A DNA stretch of 64,000 nt from the NCBI GenBank assembly GCA_965198235.1, contig OZ240248.1, positions 1,312,001-1,376,000 on the forward strand, written 5' to 3'. Shown piece after piece: positions 59,301-64,000 of this stretch. Source of the DNA: Candidatus Poribacteria bacterium (GTDB lineage Bacteria > Poribacteria > WGA-4E > WGA-3G). Within the stretch, counting starts at the first letter, position 1, and every line of letters starts with the position of its first letter. The notes beneath the pieces were generated by a model. The model was not told the origin of the DNA, did no database searches, and worked only from the letters and a program-made list of their open reading frames with translations. Position numbers and translations under genes: made by a program.

Positions 59301-61591
59301 GCGAGCTCGATGACGACGATTTCTCGCGTCTCTCTAGAGGAACGCCTTTCACCAGTACCCTCTTACTTCCGGACGAAGAGGGGGAGTATACCTTCTCTGC
59401 CGAGCGTTCAGGTTTTGATTCAGACACAGCGACGGTTACGGTGGAATCCGAAACACAAGGCAGGATTTTGATTACGCGGAGCGGTAGCCCAACAGCAAAC
59501 AATATCCAAACGTTTAGCATTACCGTCCGAGGGACAGATGACGCTTTCATATCGGGTCCTTTGACGGTGAGGGTGACGGGTCCTGGAATCAATAGCAATG
59601 TACGAACCGCTAATGGCGCCGGTGCTGTAGATATTCCGCTACCGACCGCGTCAGGATTTCACACGTTCACTGCGAGGGCTGAGGGATATCTCTCAGGGAC
59701 GATTCAAGTGAGAGGAACCGGGACGGCACAGCAGGAAGCCACCGATGATGAAGAGGTAGAGGAGGAGGAAACGCCGACCGTCAGTGTGCCGGATAGTATC
59801 AGCATTGTCGGTCCATCCCAACGCAGTGGCACGGTGAACGCGGAACTCGAGGCGGCACTGATCGTCCAAGTCCTTGATGATGACGGTGATGCCGTTGAAG
59901 ATGCGATAGTCTATTTCCGTGTTGTCTCTGGACGGGGCAGGCTTTCGCAGCGTGGGAACGGACGAGCAATCGGAGTCGTGACCGATGATGACGGTTATGC
60001 ACGCGCCGCTCTCACCCCCACGGGTGATGGCACTATCACAGTCCGGGCAGAGGCTAGGGGTGTTACTCGAACCGTCGAGTTCACCATCAATACCGGTTCC
60101 GCACCTCCTACCACCAGAACTCCCGGCACAGGCGTTACGCCCAGCACGACAGTAAGTCCGGTTGTGCATGTCGGTGCTGCCAAGCGTCCGCCGATGTTAT
60201 GGGTAGACGGTGGCGCGATTTACGCACTTGTGGGTGCAAGCCCCGAAAGATTCGCACCGAGTGTTGATAACGCACTGAACATCGCAGTGAGTGGTGGTAA
60301 AGTCTACTGGACGGAGAAAACGGGTGAGAGTGGTGGCACGATCAACAGTGCGAACCTCAACGGGACAGGCGTTACCGAGCTGGCTTCGATCTTTGCTACC
60401 CCGATAGGGATCGCTGTTGACGCGGCGGGAAGTAAACTCTACTGGACGAACTCCGCTGGCAGAATCCAGAGTGCGAATCTCAACGGTTCCGGTATCCAAA
60501 ACGTGCTGCAAAACTTGGACAATCCGATGGATCTCGCCTTAGCGGGTGGCAATGTGTATTGGACACAAGGCAACGGCAGCGTCCGGTTTGTGAACCTCAG
60601 AGGTCAAAAAGTTGTTCGCAATATCTCCACAGGTTTGGATACCCCTGGAAGCCTCGTGATCGGTGGCGGGAAAGTCTACTGGACGGAGAAAACGGGTGAG
60701 AGTGGTGGCACGATCAACAGTGCGAACCTCAACAACACAGGTGCGACCCAGCTTGCCTCGATCCTTGCCGTTCCGATGGGCATTGCCGTTGACACTGCCC
60801 GGAGCAAACTCTACTGGACGAACTCGCGTGGTAGAGTTCAGAGTGCGAACCTTGACGGCAGCAAGATCCAGAACGTCGTTAGCGGTTTAGGGAGTCCGGG
60901 TGACATGGTGCTGAGCAACAGCATCGCAGCACCTGCGGCGACAACGACGACGACAACGACGAGGACCACGACAACCGCCTCCAAATATGATGTCAACGGA
61001 GACGGCTCCGTCGATAACGCGGACGCAAGTTTAGTCGCAGCCGCCATGAACACAAGCAACACCAGATACGATGTGAACGGGGACGGCACGGTCAACTTCC
61101 TTGACCTGCTCCTCGTCTTTGACAATCGTGATCCGGGTGCAGCGGGTGCGCCGACGATCGTTGGCATGAAGTTGAGTGCCGCTCAGATAGATCGCATTGA
61201 AGAACAGATCGATCTGTTGATCGCAACAGGTGATCGGTCACCGGCAGCGATGCGGACGCTGATTTATCTGCAGCAACTCCTCGTGATGGCACGTCCAGAG
61301 AAAACGCAGTTGCTCGCCAACTATCCGAATCCGTTCAACCCAGAAACCTGGATTCCTTATGAGTTGGCGACGGATACGCATGTGGAGATCACGATTTACA
61401 ACCCGCAAGGTGTTGTGATCCGGAGGTTGCAGCTGGGTCAGCAGTCGGCTGGCTACTACACGGATCGTGAGCGTGCGGCGTATTGGGATGGTCGGAATGC
61501 GCTTGGCGAACAGGTGGCGAGCGGTCTCTATTTCTACCAGTTTGAAACCGACGAAATGTCGTCAATGCGGAAAATGGTTATTTTGAAGTAG
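56384..61591 (+). CDS. Giant secreted protein: Ig-like (invasin-like) repeats, YWTD/LDL-receptor class B propeller, dockerin-like motifs, FlgD/T9SS-like C-terminal domain
   Basis: VSGD.Q...L..PLVV.V repeats; DLNGDGD repeats; KLYWT..G.IQSANL.G; DVNGDG.V; LLANYPNPFNPETWIPY...WDGRN..GE.VASG.YFY. Confidence 0.88.
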   Translation: MNTLTTRQIVLGLLMTLVLAFSVPGIVDAQSVSVSGDGSTTSTSSGTTVITDYRTTPAVERSFTITVSKAENGEVITIRGSSDVTINEIKKEDKLTNETGSVTGEGSGVVTITVNAPNVGADRDLNGDNDKNDIVTSFLESNLDEDLNNDGDKVDTFGSISESDLNADLNGDGDQTDTLSSVKEYLEDPNWESGSVTITVDYTVTEFGRYTVTVTANEIDTDISGSPITAYVVRSDTLARGTSIATGSTTTPVLRTSSVSFTIAPATQWTRVDLKVTGGKLYLDSGRYLSSNKLFDVTQRKEFTSLSMFTGAGGSLTVNLIQDSGKVAKITATIPGSNARGKTYTVTSFASAITVEQVSGNHQFGYTNQGANYGSWEKLQNALVVRVVDGHQTNNNVEGQWVTFTTTGTSRLRATSRANLWPGADGTITAADDNQSPLTVKTDGSGRAQVYLLPGTTPATYTVTYAVVSQESPTALGTALTGAAASSQSRGAINEQFTATAILDPGDTREHVINRSESTPTPEIRRAQGDTEMIVDVENSGGTDAQNVQVDFSVSGGRLTLTPGSNYQTSLSTVTDSGGDARVWVQATGNSVAIVTARIAGNNEDAGRYVVTFLRTGAYIEYVSGDDQDGAIGGRLENPLVVKVLDGRGGSAMPNQIVRFNVTADDTNDHNSNRRQFIPVPDTYVFVTAANTDIFDEIGADMPDATSVPRLANALRPIRGSNGTGQNIFIQTDSNGEAKVYLRLGSADDTGTSDTVETVDAARFNAFKVHRVTATTPDGAPNVGVRFRADAVDDARQAKLEIVSGDRQSAEKGDPLADPLVVRVRTVRGFLIQGILLEFTALDGTLLTDPDHDTVLVSESGGGNQIRVRTGPDGEARVDYNVGQLRIARDVTVEVVEEQGTLQYDFAIDEVRFGVNGGQGTGTGGGTRQPPPPRTPTNTITITLSSRTGEPGDEIDVEVDSSPRGVLVTIDSGELDDDDFSRLSRGTPFTSTLLLPDEEGEYTFSAERSGFDSDTATVTVESETQGRILITRSGSPTANNIQTFSITVRGTDDAFISGPLTVRVTGPGINSNVRTANGAGAVDIPLPTASGFHTFTARAEGYLSGTIQVRGTGTAQQEATDDEEVEEEETPTVSVPDSISIVGPSQRSGTVNAELEAALIVQVLDDDGDAVEDAIVYFRVVSGRGRLSQRGNGRAIGVVTDDDGYARAALTPTGDGTITVRAEARGVTRTVEFTINTGSAPPTTRTPGTGVTPSTTVSPVVHVGAAKRPPMLWVDGGAIYALVGASPERFAPSVDNALNIAVSGGKVYWTEKTGESGGTINSANLNGTGVTELASIFATPIGIAVDAAGSKLYWTNSAGRIQSANLNGSGIQNVLQNLDNPMDLALAGGNVYWTQGNGSVRFVNLRGQKVVRNISTGLDTPGSLVIGGGKVYWTEKTGESGGTINSANLNNTGATQLASILAVPMGIAVDTARSKLYWTNSRGRVQSANLDGSKIQNVVSGLGSPGDMVLSNSIAAPAATTTTTTTRTTTTASKYDVNGDGSVDNADASLVAAAMNTSNTRYDVNGDGTVNFLDLLLVFDNRDPGAAGAPTIVGMKLSAAQIDRIEEQIDLLIATGDRSPAAMRTLIYLQQLLVMARPEKTQLLANYPNPFNPETWIPYELATDTHVEITIYNPQGVVIRRLQLGQQSAGYYTDRERAAYWDGRNALGEQVASGLYFYQFETDEMSSMRKMVILK

Positions 61592-61599
61592 GGAAAGAC

Positions 61600-61633
61600 A
61601 GAAAGGCGTGGTTTTCAGACCGCGCCTTTTTCT
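61600..61633 (+). terminator. Intrinsic terminator
   Basis: GAAAGGCGTGGT-TTTCAG-ACCGCGCCTTTTTCT. Confidence 0.75.
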
Positions 61634-61639
61634 ATCCTA

Positions 61640-61792
61640 ACTCAAGTTGCTACTAACAGATTTTTCACATCCCAGTAAGGGTTTTTTAGTACCTTTCCTT
61701 ACCCCAGAGGGGTGATATGTCTATAGAAATAGCATATTTAAGCGACCGCACTCCAGCGGAGTGCTATGTCTACAATAGGTGGCAACTTGGGT
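61640..61792. mobile_element. MITE, second copy of 17580-17730
   Basis: TIR ACTCAAGTTGC/GCAACTTGGGT; TATCCTA on both flanks. Confidence 0.8.
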
Positions 61793-61957
61793 TATCCTAT
61801 GTAAGAGAGACCTATCTTGTGCCTACCCGCACATTACTTTAAGGAGAATATCATGTCGGAAGAAACAGCTGTATATCAAGGCGGATCAAAGAACCAGAAG
61901 CAGAATTGTTAGGCAGATCGCCAAATCAGTAAGTTTATCAGAGAGGCTTATACGTAT

Positions 61958-62494
61958 ATGGAAATAGGTATTCTTATAGGGTTGTTTCTTACGAACATTA
62001 TTTTGATTTTCTTGGACAGCCGTCAGCGAAGCGCGTTTCGTCAAACCAAGAAGCACCTCCAAGATAAATTGCTCAAAAAGATTGAAGATGTCGAGCTTCT
62101 ACAGCACCGTCATCATCAGACCGAGACACGCCTCCAAGATAAATTGCTCAAAAAGATTGAAGAGATCGAACACCTGTTGAAGCAATACCGCACATCAACA
62201 TTATTCGATTACCAGGCCCCTTGGTGGCGAGACTACTCGTGGTTATATCGACATGTGCGGGGCTGGCAGTGCGAAGAATGTCAACTCTCGTTGAACTTGG
62301 ATAGGCAGTATCTGCACACGCACCACATCTCCGGGACACAGCATAACGATCCGAATGATTTGAGGGCATTGTGTATCGCATGCCATTCAGAACAGCTGGG
62401 TACAAATCATGAAAGACTCCAGTCACTCGAAGACTATCACGAATTTATGGAGAAATATGGCGAGCAATGGCAATTAAGAAGGATCATAGCATAA
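61958..62494 (+). CDS. HNH endonuclease with N-terminal TM helix and coiled coil
   Basis: W.CEEC...LHTHHI.G...N...LRALCIACH; hydrophobic N-terminus; 33-bp internal duplication. Confidence 0.8.
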   Translation: MEIGILIGLFLTNIILIFLDSRQRSAFRQTKKHLQDKLLKKIEDVELLQHRHHQTETRLQDKLLKKIEEIEHLLKQYRTSTLFDYQAPWWRDYSWLYRHVRGWQCEECQLSLNLDRQYLHTHHISGTQHNDPNDLRALCIACHSEQLGTNHERLQSLEDYHEFMEKYGEQWQLRRIIA

Positions 62495-62735
62495 TTGAGA
62501 CCGAATGAAATTCTGAATCTTCATTTAGGGTGAATTAAAAAAATACGTTGACACTTTTTCACACGACGTGCGATGAATCGCACGACTACAAACGCTTCCT
62601 CGTTAAGGGTAGGTGTAAACGTAATTGTAAGTTTCACCATAGTTTGTGGCATTCTGAAGTCCGCATCACACAACGACGAACTCTAGCGACTTCACACAGA
62701 CACCGCCCCGCTGGGGCTACTGACGGAACACTTTG

Positions 62736-63521
62736 ATGGATTTACGCCCCGACCAGCATTTTGTCTATGCGTGGTGCTACACAGACGATACCGCCTGTAA
62801 ACTCGGATATAGTACCACTCGCACCTTTTATTCCCGCATCAAAGCCGCAAAAACGGTGACGCATCAGCCGGTCGAACTCCTCGGGGTCGAGGTCTTCAGC
62901 ACCGAAGCCGCAGCCCGGGCAGCGTATCAGCAACGGCTGGAAACTTTTCAGCAGCTCGCGGATCGACGGGCATGGGTGCACCTCACCGATGCGGTATGGA
63001 AATGGTTGAACACGGAGTGTCTCCCAAACCCACCTACCCTTGAGGACTTCAAAGCTGCGTTTCTCAAGGACCCAGTGCGTCGGGAGAAGGAACGCACCTA
63101 TCAACGCAGAACCTCACGGAAACGGGCTGCCGCGAAACGCCGGCAGAAACGCACAGGACGCACCGAGCAACAACGCGCTTACGAACGCGAATATCAGCGG
63201 AAACGTCGAGAAACCGATCCTGCGTATCGGGAAAAACAAAAGCAGCGTCAGAAGGCGTGGCGAGCGAAGCACCCCGATTACGATAAAAAACGGTATGCGA
63301 ATGACCCGGAGTATGCAGAAAAACACAAAGCCGTACGCCGCAAAAAGTATGCGGAAGACCCGGCATACCGTGAACAACAGAAAACACGTTGGAACGAATG
63401 GAAACAGGAGAACCCGAACTACAGGCAACGTCGCGCTGCCTATATGCGAGAATGGCGAAAGAAAAACCCCGACTACGACAAAAACCGGTATCGAGCGAAG
63501 GTGGCAGCGGAAGAAGAATAG
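62736..63521 (+). CDS. Hypothetical protein: GIY-YIG-like N-terminus plus Arg/Lys-rich helical repeats
   Basis: FVYAW...KLGYST...RI; repeated DP.YRE / W..KNPDY units. Confidence 0.6.
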   Translation: MDLRPDQHFVYAWCYTDDTACKLGYSTTRTFYSRIKAAKTVTHQPVELLGVEVFSTEAAARAAYQQRLETFQQLADRRAWVHLTDAVWKWLNTECLPNPPTLEDFKAAFLKDPVRREKERTYQRRTSRKRAAAKRRQKRTGRTEQQRAYEREYQRKRRETDPAYREKQKQRQKAWRAKHPDYDKKRYANDPEYAEKHKAVRRKKYAEDPAYREQQKTRWNEWKQENPNYRQRRAAYMREWRKKNPDYDKNRYRAKVAAEEE

Positions 63522-63568
63522 CCGTTCAAGGCTGCCAATAATCCATTCCAACCTCCGATTCCCGACTT

Positions 63569-63725
63569 CTTCTGTAGGATTCTCACTGCGAAGCACTCCC
63601 GGTCGCGATTCTTACTGACTCCTTCTGTAGGATTCTCACTGCGAAGCACTCCCGGTCGCGATTCTTACTGACTCCTTCTGTAGGATTCTCACTGCGAAGC
63701 ACTCCCGGTCGCGATTCTTACTGAC
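63569..63725 (+). repeat. Tandem repeat, 3 x 53 bp (third copy 2 bp short), REP-derived
   Basis: CTTCTGTAGGATTCTCACTGCGAAGCACTCCCGGTCGCGATTCTTACTGACTC starting at 63569, 63622, 63675. Confidence 0.92.
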
Positions 63726-63906
63726 AACCGATTCCTAATAATCCTGCAAATCTCTAAATCTTGTAAATCCTCCTTCAGACAGTTACCAATCACAAAAATC
63801 CCTAAATCACAGAAATCACAGTTCAGACAATTATCACCCAAAGGGTATATAATCCTGAAAATCCTGATTCTGACAATTACCCTTTCTCTTTATGCTAATT
63901 TTCTGC

Positions 63907-63935
63907 TTGACATCTATCCGAAAATCCCCTAAAAT
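63907..63935 (+). promoter_or_regulatory. sigma70 promoter resembling 40906-40934
   Basis: TTGACA-17bp-TAAAAT; spacer similar to the LamG promoter. Confidence 0.5.
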
Positions 63936-64000
63936 TCAAAAAAGGTGTGCAGCCTGAAACGAAGTGGAAGGGTTTTTGCTTGGGCGTTTCCCCTTGCTTG

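Noticed and set aside
61853-61912. Small ORF with AAGGAG RBS (MSEETAVYQ...)
   Set aside because: Only 19 codons; possible remnant but no supporting evidence
63569-63725. Possible CRISPR array
   Set aside because: Three identical head-to-tail 53-bp units with no unique spacers and no cas genes; derived from the GTAG-REP family

Overview
Bacterial chromosomal window with no rRNA, tRNA or CRISPR seen. The gene content suggests a sponge symbiont such as Ca. Poribacteria (inference): PhyH dioxygenase, sulfatases, LamG and lamin-tail secreted proteins, a YWTD/dockerin/FlgD-CTD giant protein and a planctomycete-type DUF1501/DUF1549-1553 cluster. The left half holds metabolic and transport genes (PLP Cys/Met lyase, aapJQMP, SDR, sulfatases, archaeal-type pantoate kinase, PfkB, tgt) interspersed with many REP/MITE-like elements. 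Main candidate new system (44.6-55.9 kb): three paralogous mosaic lamin-tail surface-protein genes. Two are divergent and share an inverted ~250 bp 5' homology. Between them lies a 1.8 kb segment bounded by imperfect palindromes with a 2-bp core. It carries one consensus promoter, an excisionase-like HTH gene and a candidate sRNA complementary to the paralogs' ribosome-binding sites, i.e. a putative invertible-promoter antigenic-variation switch. Other highlights: a probable selenoprotein (cytochrome c-WD40-HMA with GMT-U-GAC and a SECIS-like hairpin), a shared C-terminal GKxxxxWGxLK motif on six secreted proteins, a shared sigma54/enhancer architecture at two loci, and a strand-polarised G/T mosaic repeat inserted into other repeats. 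All family assignments are from motif recognition, not database searches.
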